Shown here piece after piece: positions 1 through 14,683 of a stretch of 64,000 bases of DNA. Source of the stretch: Chrysomallon squamiferum (lineage: Eukaryota; Animalia; Mollusca); contig CM022666.1 of the NCBI GenBank assembly GCA_012295275.1, positions 10,788,001-10,852,000 of the forward strand, given 5' to 3'. A program made the translations under genes and the position numbers. The stretch's first letter is position 1. Every line of letters starts with the position of its first letter. The notes beneath the pieces are model-generated. The model was not told where the DNA came from and made no database searches. It saw only the letters and a program-made list of their open reading frames with translations.

Positions 1-228
1 GTGTATGTGTGTATTTATATATGTGTATGTATGTATGTGTGTATATGTGTGTGTGTATTTATGTATGTATGTGTATGTATGTATGTATATGTGTATGTGC
101 ATGTGTGTACGGGTGTATTTATGTATGTGTATGTATGTATGTATATGCATGTATGTGTATAGGTATATGTGAATGTATGTGTGTAAGTATGTATGTATGT
201 ATATATGTATGCATGTATGTATGTATGC
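1..228. repeat. Compound (TGTA)n/(TG)n microsatellite
   Basis: Directly visible degenerate TGTA/TG repeats; explains ORFs 9..272 and 15..230. Confidence 0.95.
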
Positions 229-523
229 AAAGAAGGTATTTTAAAATATTCTTAGTTCGTATAGGTCATTAAGTATAAACAAGTATATATTTCGACATAT
301 ATACTATTATAATATTTACCATACTGCCACTCTCACATCGTTCAACGAACCTAGTATTGAAGAATAGATACAAAGACGAAGTTAAAATTTCTTCTGCTTT
401 TGCTTATTAAGAATAGCATTATGTCATTCCAGCGTTATGTTATACAGATTATCTCTATCCCTAAATATGTTGAATTTGTTTTTCTTTTTAGGCTTATATT
501 AAACCGTTAATCTTTAAAACTGA

Positions 524-542
524 AATAATAATAATAATAATC

Positions 543-594
<52 letters not shown>

Positions 595-943
595 TGATGA
601 TGATGATGATGAAACATCGAACATTATAATACAAATTGATGAAGAAAAAAGAAAAAAAAAGAAAGAAAATATATATTCTTCAGCGAAAATTTAAATATCT
701 TTAAAGTAAAATATTATGTTATTAAAGTATTTTGACATATTGGTATCTCGTTAGGTTTTAATGTACGTTTGTGCCTACATATTTATTGTAGTAAAAAAGA
801 GAAAAGAAAGAAGTATCTGATTAAATAACATAACAGTGTAACAACAGTAGTTATATTGTGTCATCAATTACAAAACAGTTGTCATATTAAACAATTAAAA
901 TAAAGTGTTGTGTTCATCTGGATAAAACTATATATAACACATC

Positions 944-1030
<87 letters not shown>

Positions 1031-1034
1031 AATA
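524..1034. repeat. Two (AAT)n microsatellites (about 524-611, ending in GAT repeats, and about 944-1034)
   Basis: Directly visible trinucleotide runs. Confidence 0.95.
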
Positions 1035-1219
1035 AACTATATATTTTCATGTTATGTCTGATGTTTAGTGGCTTCAGATTCGAGTCCGTTTTTGAAAAGT
1101 GGTTAACTTGTTTTCGGTTTTCACTCTAGTTACAACATTCATCACACAAAAATAAAGTTAACCACTTTGATAATAACGTCGCTAACGATTCCTCACTAAC
1201 GACCTGCAAGCGTACCGCA

Positions 1220-1525
1220 CAGTACATCAACGTTTCATATTCACTACGTCTCACTCTCAGTACATCAACGTTTCATATTCACTACGTCTCACTCTCAGTG
1301 CATCAACGTTTCATATTCACTACGTCTCACTCTCAGTACATCAACGTTTCATATTCACTACGTCTCACTCTCAGTACATCAACGTTTCATATTCACTACG
1401 TCTCACTCTCAGTACATCAACGTTTCGTACTCACTACGTCTCACTCTCAGTACATCAACGTTTCATATTCACTACGTCTCACTCTCAGTACATCAACGTT
1501 TCATACTCACTACATATCTCACTCT
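1220..1525. repeat. 38-bp minisatellite, 8 copies (CAGTACATCAACGTTTCATATTCACTACGTCTCACTCT)
   Basis: Units start at 1220, 1258, 1296, 1334, 1372, 1410, 1448 and 1486; near-identical, no spacers. Confidence 0.95.
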
Positions 1526-1578
1526 GAGATCACCAAAACGTTTCCGGTAAATTTTCCGAAAAGTACTGACTATTTTTT

Positions 1579-1622
<44 letters not shown>

Positions 1623-3178
1623 AACAGAGTACACTGCCCTACTAAATATGAGGTGAACATACAACGGACGTTTTATATATATATATATATATGATAAAAT
1701 AAAATAAAATAATCATCATTGCCGTTATCGTAATTTTTGCCGTTTCGATTATTTTTATTGATGTTGATTACACAAATAAATAAAATAATGATTTTTTTCT
1801 TTTCTCTGGATGAAATATAATTTTTCATAATGCCATAAGATATTAAGTATGTTGATTCTTCTTAGTATAGTCAACAGCGAATATAATGTATCATATCTTT
1901 GACAGGAAAATACATTCCAAGATATTTGATAAATCAGCCTCTGAAAATATTTAAGTCACTTTGATATTGTATAAAATTTCTGCATGATCCGGTCACTGAC
2001 ATTACAGATTTGTTACTTATGCAGCGGAAACACAAATTTAGCTCTGGTTGCCATGTTTTTAGAAAGTAATAACTGTTATGTGATAATTAATCTCATAACT
2101 GCCTTTGTTTTCAAGGCAATGGTTATTACGATAATAGATTCAATATGTATGTATGTATGTATCAGTGTGTTTATCACTGTATTTATGTATGTATGTTTGC
2201 CTGTGCGTATGTATGTAAATGTATATAGGTATGCATTTTAGTTTTTTTTTATACATTTCGTCTACTCTATTTTTTTCTTATTTTTTTATTTTAATTTTTT
2301 TATTATTTATTTATATTTTTAAATTTGTCAGCTATTGAAGTATATCCATCCGTCCATGTAAATATCTCTGCAGTTTCCGTTGTTTGTTCTGCAAGTAGGA
2401 GATGATGTATCTTCTGCATGTAGAGTGGTTATTGTAATAATGGGAGTTGACCATTTATACTTAGGTCACTGAACTAGTTTGCTCTTATTTTTCAGTACTC
2501 TGCTTACTATGAGTGCAAATGTCCAGCTATATGAAAAAATATTTAATTATCATATAAAACGACAATATTTTACATATTATCAAAGAAATTCAAACTTTTC
2601 CCCGCATCACCTCTAATGCATCCCTTTGGAAAACGTTTTAAAGATTTTCTTTAGCTAAGCAAGTCGATGTTTCAGTGAAAAGTACAAGAAATGGACACAA
2701 CGTCGTCATTAACGGCGAGATCCCAGAAATAAAAATGTCTTATTTGTCTGTCTTAAAAACTGACTAAAAAGTGAAATAGAATCACTGGCTCTCAGGCTCT
2801 CAGGCTCTCAGGCTCCCAGTAGTCTGACGTCTGTAATGCTCTTCATTGCTGCTTAATCAAAACATTCGGTCACAAACAGTCACCGGTTTCGAGTGTGTCA
2901 ATTGTGTTTTTAAAATCCAGCATCGCCAACTCCGTATAGACTTCTTCAGTTTTACAAACACATTTTATTTATGTGACTGGTCTGTTTCTAAAGTTATGGT
3001 CTTTGGCAATCCAAAACCGTTTATACATTTTTATCTGTCAGTGTGTCTGTCAGTCTGTCTGACTAATTATCTGCATCTCTGTCTCTGATTTCTACATTCT
3101 GCTTAATATGTCTGTATTTAGATTGCTGTTACAATAAAATATTTTATAGATAAAGCGAATAATCAGAGAAAACCCAGT

Positions 3179-3664
<486 letters not shown>

Positions 3665-5761
3665 GTGTGTGTATATGTGTTTGTATGTGTTAAGTCTGTT
3701 TATCTTTGATTCAGAAGAACTTAAGACATAAACATACCTAAATATTATTTTTCTTATTTAATCTGTTTCTACTATTTATGTGGAAAATAACCAAAGTAAA
3801 TAATTATGAAATGCATTGTTTATTAAGACTTTATTTTTTTTTTTTTCTTTAGGAACAATAGTTGTTGTAATTTGTTATCCTAGCAATATAAGCCAGATTT
3901 TCAGGTTAAATGACTAAAGTTTGTTTTCTATAACTACTCAACATATATTTGTTTTTCAGCAGTAAAACATTGGTGTTATTGTTGTTGTGGAGGTTGTAGT
4001 TGTAGTTGTTATTATTATTGTTGTTGTTATTGCCGGTGTGGTGATACTGATGGTGGAGTGCTAATGGTTTTGCTGGTGGTAGTAGAGTTTATTTTTGGAG
4101 TTTTTCCACATTCAGTCACGGTAGATAGCGTCATCTTTGATAAATCGATCAGACTGGAACGGGAAAATATGAATACATCGGCCCATTGGTCAACACTATA
4201 GAAAAATGGCAGATATCTTTTATTTTTATACTTCACAATTAATTAGAAAGCACCAGGAAAGAACAACAACATAATCTGGAAGTATAGAAAATATATTTCG
4301 ACTATTCTTCACATCACAAGAAATAAGTTTAAATAGTGATAAAGATGATTCAACAAAATGAGAAAACAAAAAAGTTAGATTAATCCTACTCTTCGGCTGC
4401 AGCCAGGAAGAATGTTAACAATTACTTTACTCCTGCGTAAATTTTGGTAATTTTCGTTAGTCTTCGTTTCATTCCGAAAAAGTACTTCATTTTCAGTATA
4501 AGATGATAACACGAAGTAAAAGACACTTATGTTCATTTGAAGCTACCAATAAGTGGAGTCCGTAATGTTGTGTGGGAGAATTAACAAAGTGTCAGTATAT
4601 TCCATCATATAATACAGTTTAATGATGTGTGAAAATCTGAGGCAGTTACGAAATATTCCGAGTGATCATGTGACATTAACATTGTGCAAATTGCGATCTT
4701 CGTTACTCTTTCGAAATGGGTTCGATAGTCTCTCATGTGAAGTCAGTTGAATGTGGTTAGTTGTCTATTATTAAGAAAATGTTATTACTGGAACCGAACA
4801 TTCTTAAAAATCGTTTAAATTTAATCATTTCCCCGAGCGCTAACGAAGTTTTTAAGCTTTCACCTGGACGACTCAGGATAAATTTAGACTGTCTTCAGTG
4901 GAACAGTTGAACATCCCTTTTTATTTATGTACTAGTTTGTTTGATTGCGTATCTGTCGTTGTTCTTTTTTCTTTTCTTTTTTCTGAATTAAAAGTTATTT
5001 CGTCTTCAAAATTTCATTGAACAACGTTAATCATATTCCTTTTCTGAAATATTGGTTCGCGCCTGGTGTGTGTATGTATCTGAATATTTGTGTGTGTGTG
5101 TTTTGTGTGTGCGTGTGTTTGTGTTCATGTGTGTGTATGTGTGGGTGTTTGTGTGGGTGTGTATTTGTGTGCATGTGTGTGTGTGTGTGCGTGTGTGTGT
5201 GGTATTTTATACATTTGTTTTTACAACTGTAACCTATAACTCTGAGCATGCACGACAGTTCGTTCACAGCAGATGATTGGAACACAGAGATATGGGAGTT
5301 ACGTCTCTCGAAAAACTGAGTAAATATCGTGATATTATCAAAGAAAGTGACTAACTATGTGACCTGTCGTTGAACATCTAAATAAACGTGTCTAAGACCA
5401 ATGAACAGAAACAGCGTTGTAATCTTTTGCTTTGAATCGACATTTCAAAGATGCCATATTAACGGAAAGTAGAAATGTTTTACGTATCTTATGTTTAGGC
5501 AACGGTCTTAATTTTAACTTTCTGGAAAACGAAAAAAAAAAAATAATAATAATAATAATAATTTCTTCAAAGCAAAACCAACGCATATGTCTACCTATGC
5601 TGGATTGTTTTCATACATACTATATCTAATGAGGAGTCACTGACTGATGTGAAATGAACTAAGTGAAATGATAAGCTATGGAGTGATTGGAAATTATCTC
5701 CTTTGTCCTGTCCCACCCCAGAGTGTTTATTAACTAATGTGTTTTGCCTTGATTATTAAAC

Positions 5762-5762
<1 letters not shown>

Positions 5763-5827
<65 letters not shown>

Positions 5828-5856
5828 GAATAAATGTATTTCTTTAGTCAATACAG

Positions 5857-5917
<61 letters not shown>
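5763..5917. repeat. Inverted (GA)29 / (TC)29 microsatellite pair forming a 61-bp stem
   Basis: GA run 5764-5821 and TC run 5859-5916 are both 58 nt; the flanking bases also pair. Confidence 0.9.
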
Positions 5918-5919
<2 letters not shown>

Positions 5920-6099
5920 TACACAGTCATATATATATAAGGGAGACGGTACTAAGCGTGTGTATGTTTGTGAGAACCTTTTGATTTTAGCAGAACTATG
6001 ACACTTTCTGGTTATTAGTACTACGTTTTTTCTTTGTGTGTGAATCACATTTCATTTATATACTTTCATTCATTTGTGAATTATTAAAGGGAGTAGTCA

Positions 6100-6451
6100 A
6101 GCAATAATAACACTTTCGCTACGCTATCGATCCAAAGCGTTCCTTTTACTTCACCCTGCTGCAGAAAGATTTCTTCTATTGGCCAAGTTGATACTGGCGA
6201 CACCAATAAAAAGCCATATTATACATACGTACTGGCACTGGTCATTAGTTATCAGCGGAACATATCCATCCTAACATCCTTTACTTCGCTTTGAATAATT
6301 GGCGCGATCTGAGATGACGAGCCAAGTAGAGAGTTGACGACAGAATCGTGTGTCTCCGCCAACACGGTCGAAATATTGAGATTTCTGCTCTCGACTGTTG
6401 TGTTCGCTCATACGGAGAATTTGTGAGTTTGTTTCAGTGATTCCTGCGCAG
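6100..6451 (+). promoter_or_regulatory. Candidate promoter and non-coding first exon of the 14684 GPCR
   Basis: Locally CpG-rich segment with CCAAT/ATTGG boxes, ending in donor CAG|GTAGGA (GT at 6452); it could pair with the acceptor TTTTCAG at 14567, just upstream of the GPCR ATG. Inference only. Confidence 0.4.
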
Positions 6452-7099
6452 GTAGGACAATTCTATATTTTCTAATTGCTTGTTTTCTTGAGGTGATCAT
6501 TATAGGAAATTAGATTCAAGATTCAAGCGGGTTGGTCAAAAATATCATTCTACGTTTTATGCTTAGCCGTCTGCGACATAAAGTCGATTCTAAAAGTTCT
6601 CTAGTTTAATGTTCTGACTTTATTCAGTCAAAGTCACATTACACTGCCGCCTGCTCAAATAATTGTAGGGTTGTGTATTGTTTGTCCGCTATCAATTTAT
6701 TTAGTCGTCTACATTCGAATGTATATTTTGTTTCAACACTGCTACTGACAGTATTGAAACAATGAGAATAAAACTTTTAATATATCAGTTTATAGAAAGT
6801 AAAATTCGTTAACCTATAACTCGATCATATATATATATATATACGTATATATTTTGTTTCAAATATCAAAACTGGCGAATAATTATTAACTTTTTTCATA
6901 AACGAAGATTAGGTGTCGAGTAGCTGAAAATGGAAATATCAGATAGTTGTTGGTTTTGTCTTAAATTAAAATTTGCTTTTGTAACATATTTCATTTTAAA
7001 CAAACAAATAAACAAATAAATAAATACATAAATAAATAAACATTTTAAGTGGTAACTGTAATGAAGTAGTATGTAACTGAGCGCATTAAAACGACGTCA

Positions 7100-8110
7100 T
7101 TTTTAATTGATATGAAACAATATTAAGCTGACTGAACTTTGATTTTGAGTAGATATTATAACCTTGTTTAGAGATGACATTAAAATAGAGTTTTGAGTAT
7201 ATATCAAACAATGTTTTCAGTAGACATTAAAACAGTCCATGAATAGGTATTTTAAGTTGATGTTAAAAATAACGAAATACGAAATAGATATTAAACAAGT
7301 TTTGAGTGGATATTAAATACGTGTTTTGAGTAAATTAAAATACGTTTTGAACAGATACTGAAAAAGTACTTATTTGGTGAACATTAAAATAAAGAAGTAA
7401 ACAAGATTTCTTATGTAAATATGAAAACAGTGCTTATTGTATAGATATTAAAACAGGTATTTTAGTAGGTATTGGTAGCGCGTTTGGAAGATATTAAAAT
7501 AACGTTTCTTCAGTAGATATTAAATGTTTTTTCTTGAGTACATATTCAAACAGTAGACATTTCTTCAGTAAAAACAAAGTTTTCTTTAATAAATATTGTA
7601 ACAAAGGTTCCATATTATATATTAAATCAGTGTTTGTAATGCAGATTTTGAAAATATATTTCTACAGTAGAAATTAAATCGACGTTTCTCATGTAGATCT
7701 TAAAACAACTTTTTTGAGTAGACACTAGAACATTGTATATATTAAAACAATGTTTACTGAGTAGATATCAAAACAATGTTTCTTTTCTAGATATTAAAAT
7801 AATGTTTCTTTAACAGATATTAAAATAATGTTTCTTTAACAGATATTAAAACAATGTTTATTGAGTAGATATCAAAACAATGTTTCTTTAACAGATATTA
7901 AAGCAATGTTTCTTTAATCGATATTAAAACTGTGTTTATTATGTAGATATTAAAACAGTTTTTTCAATGGATATAACCTTTCTTGTGTATATATATATAT
8001 TAAAATGGCGTTTGTTGAGTATATACTACATCCATGTACGTTAAACAGACGTTAAAGCAACCGTAATGTCAACACAGGTATTATATGACACTAAAACTAG
8101 ATATTAAAAC
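7100..8110. repeat. Degenerate ~26-29-bp minisatellite (core AGATATTAAAACAATGTTT)
   Basis: Core recurs dozens of times; best preserved at 7740-7960. Confidence 0.85.
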
Positions 8111-10086
8111 ACTGTGATTTTGATGGCTATACTTTGATATCTTATTTCCAGTTTAATCTAGCAGATCTGTGAACCGCAGCAAATGACAGAGGTTTGAACT
8201 AAATCACTCAAACAAACAGTATCTCAATAATCACAATGTAATAGTATGACATCTTAGTTAGCTACAGCAACTAACTAATTAACTAAGTAAATAAAAATGA
8301 ATGAATCTCTTACAGACACAGTCAGTAATAAAGAAAAAGAAAGATAAAAAAAGCAAACAAGTAAACAATGATTAAATGAACGATGACCAAAGAGGACAGG
8401 ATAAATGACGTGTGATTTCACAACTACACGGATGTCAATCATAATCATTATTAGCTACATCATCATAATCATCCACATCATCAACGTCTATAAATCTCTC
8501 CTTTTCCTCATCATTTACAGTTTCCAAAGACTAGTTTTCACTTTTAAAATCATATTCTTTAACAAAATGTCGACCACAGAGCAGTGGCTTTTCTACAATA
8601 TTTCTTTGATGCTACTCATTTAGGAAACTCGAGCGGTGCTCTTAATGTGGCTTGCTTTGAGTCACTGTAGCTGGCTGAAAATAATATCCAGCGGCAATAA
8701 ACAAACCAACAGAACTTGATGGTGATGATGACGTAGAAAGAAAAGATGTTTGTGGTGAAGAAAAAGAAAAAGAAGAGGAAAAGAAAGCAGAGAAGGGTAG
8801 TATGAAATGGAAACAAAGAAGTGCGTGTGATCAAACCGAAGGGTTAAATAAGAAGTAAAATAAAATAATGATGATGTCCACAATAATGATGACTAACAAA
8901 ACGAAAAAAAAGAGGAATGGAATTGTTGTGTTTTGATGATGATGACGATAATGAAGAAAGAATGAAGTTAATAATGAATGCATTAGTGAACAAAGAAAGA
9001 AAATAAACTGATATGATGATGAAAGGATGAATATGATTATTATAACGATGATGATAGCAGAGATAAAAATAAAAAAGTATGATCATAACAATGATGATAA
9101 AAAATTAAAATAAAGAACATCAAAAGAGCAGTAACAGTAATAATTAATAAAAAATAAAAACAACAGATCAAAGAAAGTATATATTAAACATTTAATAAAT
9201 AAAAACTAAATAATAATAAAAAAAAAAAAAAAAATAAAAAAAATAACAAAATTAAATAACAAAATAAAATAAAAAATAAATAAAATTAAATCTTAGGAAA
9301 GTTTTTTACTTTTTAAAGCGATAATTTAATTTCTGACAAAACATTTCCAACCTGAAATCATCTGATCAATTATATGAATTTGAAAAAAATGCAAAAATGT
9401 TCAAATGGAATATATGATATATAATACGAATCCATTATTGGGTCTAAAATCATATATAATGTAATTGAAATATTGTTTGTGGAGGGTGTATATATATGTG
9501 TGCGTGCGTGTATGAGTGTGTTTATTTACATGTACACACTTAAACAGTTTACTCGTATTGACTTTATAATGGATTTCAAAGAACGTGATTTTCAGATTAG
9601 AGGTGTTAAGATATGCGCTTCAGCAGATTAAACTTTTATTTCAACTATTATATTAAATTAAATGGAAGTATTTGACTCTTTGAAAGTGCTGGGTACAGGA
9701 GACTTGACCTGTGTTTCACAGTGTGAGGATTTTCAGTAGGTTATTGCTCCGTGCTGTTTATCAGTAGTACGACCTTAATGGTTTGGTAACACTTATTTCT
9801 CAGTATGTGATCGACTCAAAACCAACCAGAAATTCCAATGCTATGAGGACAGAATGAAAAACAAAATGTAAAACGTCGTGCGAATGAAACACTAAAGTGT
9901 CGATAAATAATAAACAACTTGTAACTAACAAAGCTTACACAATGTGATCAAATCGTATTTCTATGCACGTTTCATTGTCTCTCGCAGTTCTAATTTATAT
10001 GAAAATGTCTTTCTGCTGAGAGCAGTCAACGAACTGATATTGATTTCTGAAAATGGTTTTGTCTCTTTGATGGTTTCGTGCAAAAT

Positions 10087-10097
10087 ACTACTACTAT

Positions 10098-10135
<38 letters not shown>

Positions 10136-10149
10136 ATAATAATAATAAT

Positions 10150-10182
<33 letters not shown>

Positions 10183-10285
10183 AATAGCAATAAAAACAAC
10201 AATAACAATAAAAATAACATTAACGATAATAACAACAATAACAATAACATAACAACAACAACAAAAACAACAACAATAATAATAA
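10087..10285. repeat. Compound (ACT)n(AAT)n(AAC)n microsatellite
   Basis: Directly visible. Confidence 0.95.
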
Positions 10286-10528
10286 GCAGAAGAAAAAAAG
10301 CAGTAATATTTTGACATTATCTGAAATAATTTTCTGTTTAACTGCGGAATATAGTGCATATAATATTAGTTTTCTTAAGTGTGCATGTAGGTATTCTAAT
10401 ATTTATTTATTCATTCTTTCCTTAAATAATCTATATAGATAAATACACTTACAGTCTGAACGACAGAAAGAGGTTATTATATCTATGCGACATTATTTGT
10501 TGTATATGTATCTTTATGTCTATTCCTC

Positions 10529-10850
10529 TCTGTCAATCCATTCATCCATTATTAGTTATTAGTCTCTCTGTCAATCCATCTATCCATCTATCTATTATTA
10601 GTTATTTGTCCCTCTGTCAATCCATTCATTCATGCATCCATCTATTATAAGTTATTTCTCTCTGTCAATTCATCCACCAATCTATTATTAGTTATTTGTC
10701 TCTGTCAATCCATCCATCCATCTATTATAGTTATTTGTCTATGTAAATTCATACATCCATCTATTAAAGTTATTAGTCTATGTCAATCCATCCATCCATC
10801 TATTATAGTTATTTTTCTGTCTGTCAATTCTTCCATCCATGTATTATTAG
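10529..10850. repeat. Degenerate ~40-bp minisatellite (TCTGTCAATCCATCCATCCATCTATTATTAGTTATT..), about 8 copies
   Basis: Repeated TGTCAATCCAT...TATTA(G)TTATT units. Confidence 0.85.
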
Positions 10851-13427
10851 ATACGTACATCTGACATGACTGTTTACAGACAGAGCTTTGTGTGGGTTCT
10901 CACCACAATCTCATGTTAACAGATTAAATGAGAAATTCTCAAAGGACCGCACAAGGCAGCTAAGTCACGTTTATGTTTCTTTGGTATATTTCTTTTCAAT
11001 AGCAGTTTAAACAAAAGTAAAGAAGAAAATATGGTGAACATGGCGAAGAAGAAGAAGAAGAAGAAGAAGAAGAAGAACTGTATTTATACCTAAAATCAGG
11101 TTCATCTGCTTTTCGAAGAATAAGATATCTACATTTCCAGAAAAATGTTTCGTTAATGAAATAAAAGAAAGTGTGCAGTATATAAGTAAATAATTAAATA
11201 GGTTTAGTAATATATCAGGCAAATAATGAAAACAAAAACAAATTGTAGATAGAAATAGATATAACTATATTTGTTTTAATGAAATATAAAATTATATACT
11301 TCCAGATATGTATATCAACGGAACAAATACATGTTATTATAATAACATCAACAGCTACAATCATGACAGTGATGATAATGATTTTTAAATTATTTACTTA
11401 ACTGTTGAATCTTAAGTTCCTTAATGTTTCTAATATAATGTTTTATATAGTTAAACTGGTCGCGCACTTTCCATTTCAGCGTTTCAAAATGCTAAATGTT
11501 TTTCTTGTGTTACTTTTCTTTTGATCTTTGCTCTTCCTTGTCAGCCTAGAAATGAAAATTGGAACAGTCTTGTCAAAAACGTAGAGAACTTTCTTCTGTT
11601 TCATGTCCTAACTTCAAGCCGACACTGTTCTTTGGAAATTAAATCAACTCCAGGGTATAACGACATTCACCGTCTGCATGTCTGTTCTTCTGTCCGTGTC
11701 TGTTCTTCTGTCCAGGTTACAGATGATATGACTTGATATCTGACTAAATACAGTCACCTCTCTGTCACAATCACCCAAGTGTTGCTCTTCACTCGTTTCA
11801 CATATTTTCATCGTTGTTGGAAATACTATAGACATGATGAATTCTGTTTCTATTCACTACAGACAAATCTGTAACAGCTTACAGAAGATCTGTGGAGTGG
11901 AAGCTCTGTTTTCTGCTTTTTATAGCATTTTATTCGGAAACACGACTTGCTATATATGGTCATTTTAAAATTAATTTTTTTCTTCGGTCAGACTGTTAGG
12001 GTAGAGACAGATGTATACAGAGAGACAGATGTTAATTGGTAGATAGATATAGAAAGATTATTACACAGATTTAAAATATATAAACATATAATTTGTGTTT
12101 AATTATAACAGAGTTTTGAAACAGTTATTAAATTATAAAATACAGTTTCAGCAAATTCATGTTGTCAGGACATCAGATGATAGATTATCACTTAGTGTCA
12201 ACACTACGCTAAGTTGTCGTATTTACGCTAACAAAGACAGCTGTTTGAGATATTAGAAGTAGTAGTTATAATAGAGTAGCAGAATTAGCGGAAGCAATAA
12301 TATATAATAAATGAAACAGCCGCAGATATCGCTATAATCATTTATATATGAACTTTTGTTATCTTAACTACTTCAAGAAAATACCCACATTAATAAACAT
12401 TATAATAATAATTTCAAAAATAAATATAATAACTTTAGTTATTTGTGAGTTTGTTTGTTTTTCAAACACACTTAGAAACAGATACCCATTGTTGGAGGAG
12501 GCATTTTTCATTTTCAAGGAAGTAGATCCTAATAACTAAACCTGTTTCATATAAACCAGGAAACACTGGAAATCATTTTTACATTTTTCTTTTCTTTCAA
12601 TATTCTGTTAACGGTCTAGAATTCTTGTGTGGAAGAAGTTGGACATAATTCCTTACCATCTCAGACTAAATCATCTCTTCCAAAGATTTGTTGTTTTTTT
12701 TTTTACATCGTGTAATAATCACTTAAACTAGTAACTAATAAAATTTCAAATAGCACTATTGCTACATCGTGTTGGATCAGTTAAATTATGGAAAACAAAT
12801 CTTTCTTTTGAAATCTGGGTTTTGTCGTGAAAACTAATGGAGACATTTTTTACGGACGATCAGGCGAACAGAAAAGGTTGTGCTGCTCTTTGTAATTTGC
12901 GGTGACATCGCCAAGAAGAGCTCGGACATTTCTGAAATATTATTTCATTTACTGTACTGCTCGTCTTGGAAATTAGATCAGTGGTATGGAATTTTCATAT
13001 TAAACCCCGAAATAAACGAAAAGGAAAAAAGACATTATGAATCATGAATGAAAGAAAGAGGGAGCGATAAAAAGATAAAATTAAATTAAATTAAATTAAA
13101 TCAAAAAAGAATAAAGAACAAGAGAAAACAACAAAAAAAAGAAGTGAAAAAAGGAACGATATCCATGAAAGTACATTCTATGAAAAGCGCAGACCAGACT
13201 CGGACAAGCTGAAGTGAGATAACGATGTCCACGCACAGAGAACGATACAATTATTTTCAGAAATGAAATGTTGTCATTATTTAATTGCGATGTCAGTAGT
13301 GGTTGGAGTGAAGTAAGCCTATAAATGACAGGGGTTCCGTGGGATACGCTCATCCATTGTAAACTACTCAAGAAAAACTCTTACGAACATTTGATAAATA
13401 GATGGCATATATGAAATTCAGGCAAGC

Positions 13428-13496
13428 TGTCGCCGAGGACGATCGATCCTGTGACCTGCCAAACTTAAGAAACCCAGAGAGATATGACTCAGCTAC
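13428..13496 (-). mobile_element. Possible decayed tRNA-derived SINE head
   Basis: Minus strand reads GTAGCTGAGTC (A-box-like) ... AGGTCACAGGATCGATCGTCC (B-box-like) at tRNA-like spacing; no intact cloverleaf. Confidence 0.35.
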
Positions 13497-14683
13497 AAAG
13501 CTTACATCTAAAGTTGTTATATAGCAAAAATTAAGGCTGGAAAATTAACCTCTGAAATCAAAATATCTGTGTTGATCTCATTACTGCAGTAGATTTACCA
13601 GTAATGACAATGATATTGGTATTTGTATCTCGTTAGAAAATTAATACAATTACCAATGCAGATATCTTTATGACAGGAACGTGATGATGTTTATATCATT
13701 GAATAGATTTACTAGCAATAATGATAGTGTTAATTACGTACTGGATAATAGTAATCTCGTTAAAAAGAAAACTTGGTGATAACATGAGTATTGTTGCAAA
13801 CATGCCGATAATAATGACAGAATTTTTAATTGTATTTCGCTAAAACATTAGTGATGATAATAATGACAAATTTCTTCTAGGTATAATGCTATACATATCG
13901 TAATAACAATGATATGTTATTATTGTTGAAATATTAGTGATAAGAGGGGGAAAAACGCTTATGCTTAATAATGTAGTAAACATGTTTTGTATTTTTACTT
14001 GTAATAGTTAATACTGGACTCACGTGTTTTCTCTTTTTACTGTCCTTTACTGACAGAGCAAATATTATTTGCAAAAGTTTTGATTTTATCATTGAAAATA
14101 ATAATTCTGTTAGTATGCTTCCATTTCTTGAAGCAATAACTTGTAGTTAATTGGCGGCTTAAAACAAATCTTGATAGTGACAGAAGGATTTTGTCAGTCA
14201 AAAAATCATTCTATGAGCTAAAGCATAGACAACAATGTCATAAATATTATTAGCAATTATCCCAGAAAAAGGTGATCTTGAGAAACTGAATGGATGAATA
14301 TTAGTTAACAAAATGCAAAACAACTCGCTCGAACACATATAAACATGCGCGCATGCAAAAAATACATTGTCTAAATGGTTAGCAAAGGTATTGAAAAAGA
14401 TGTACGATTATTATTATTATTATCATCATCATTACTATCATTACCATCATCATCATCATTATTACTATGCATAATAAATAATTAATATTTGATTATAATA
14501 TTACAAAATCGATCTCATTCATCAATAATTAAATTATTTAATTTCCCGATTTTTTTTATATTTTCAGATACCAAAAGGATGAATTCAAATCCAGTTTTTA
14601 TTTATTTCCTTCTGATTTAGACAGGTAAACATGTAAAACACCTCTAACTGTAAAATCTCCAAGTGAATCTAAGTACGTCAGTC

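Noticed and set aside
1220-1525. 38-bp array (also the 39-bp array at 25021 and the 35-bp array at 28346) as CRISPR arrays
   Set aside because: The units are contiguous with no unique spacers, there are no cas genes, and the context is eukaryotic.
11521-11835. Exon-like segment after a strong acceptor (about 11544)
   Set aside because: No recognisable protein in any frame; at most an alternative UTR exon.
14663-14683. GTG start for the first GPCR as given in the ORF track
   Set aside because: Eukaryotic gene; the in-frame ATG at 14684 has good context (GTCATGT).
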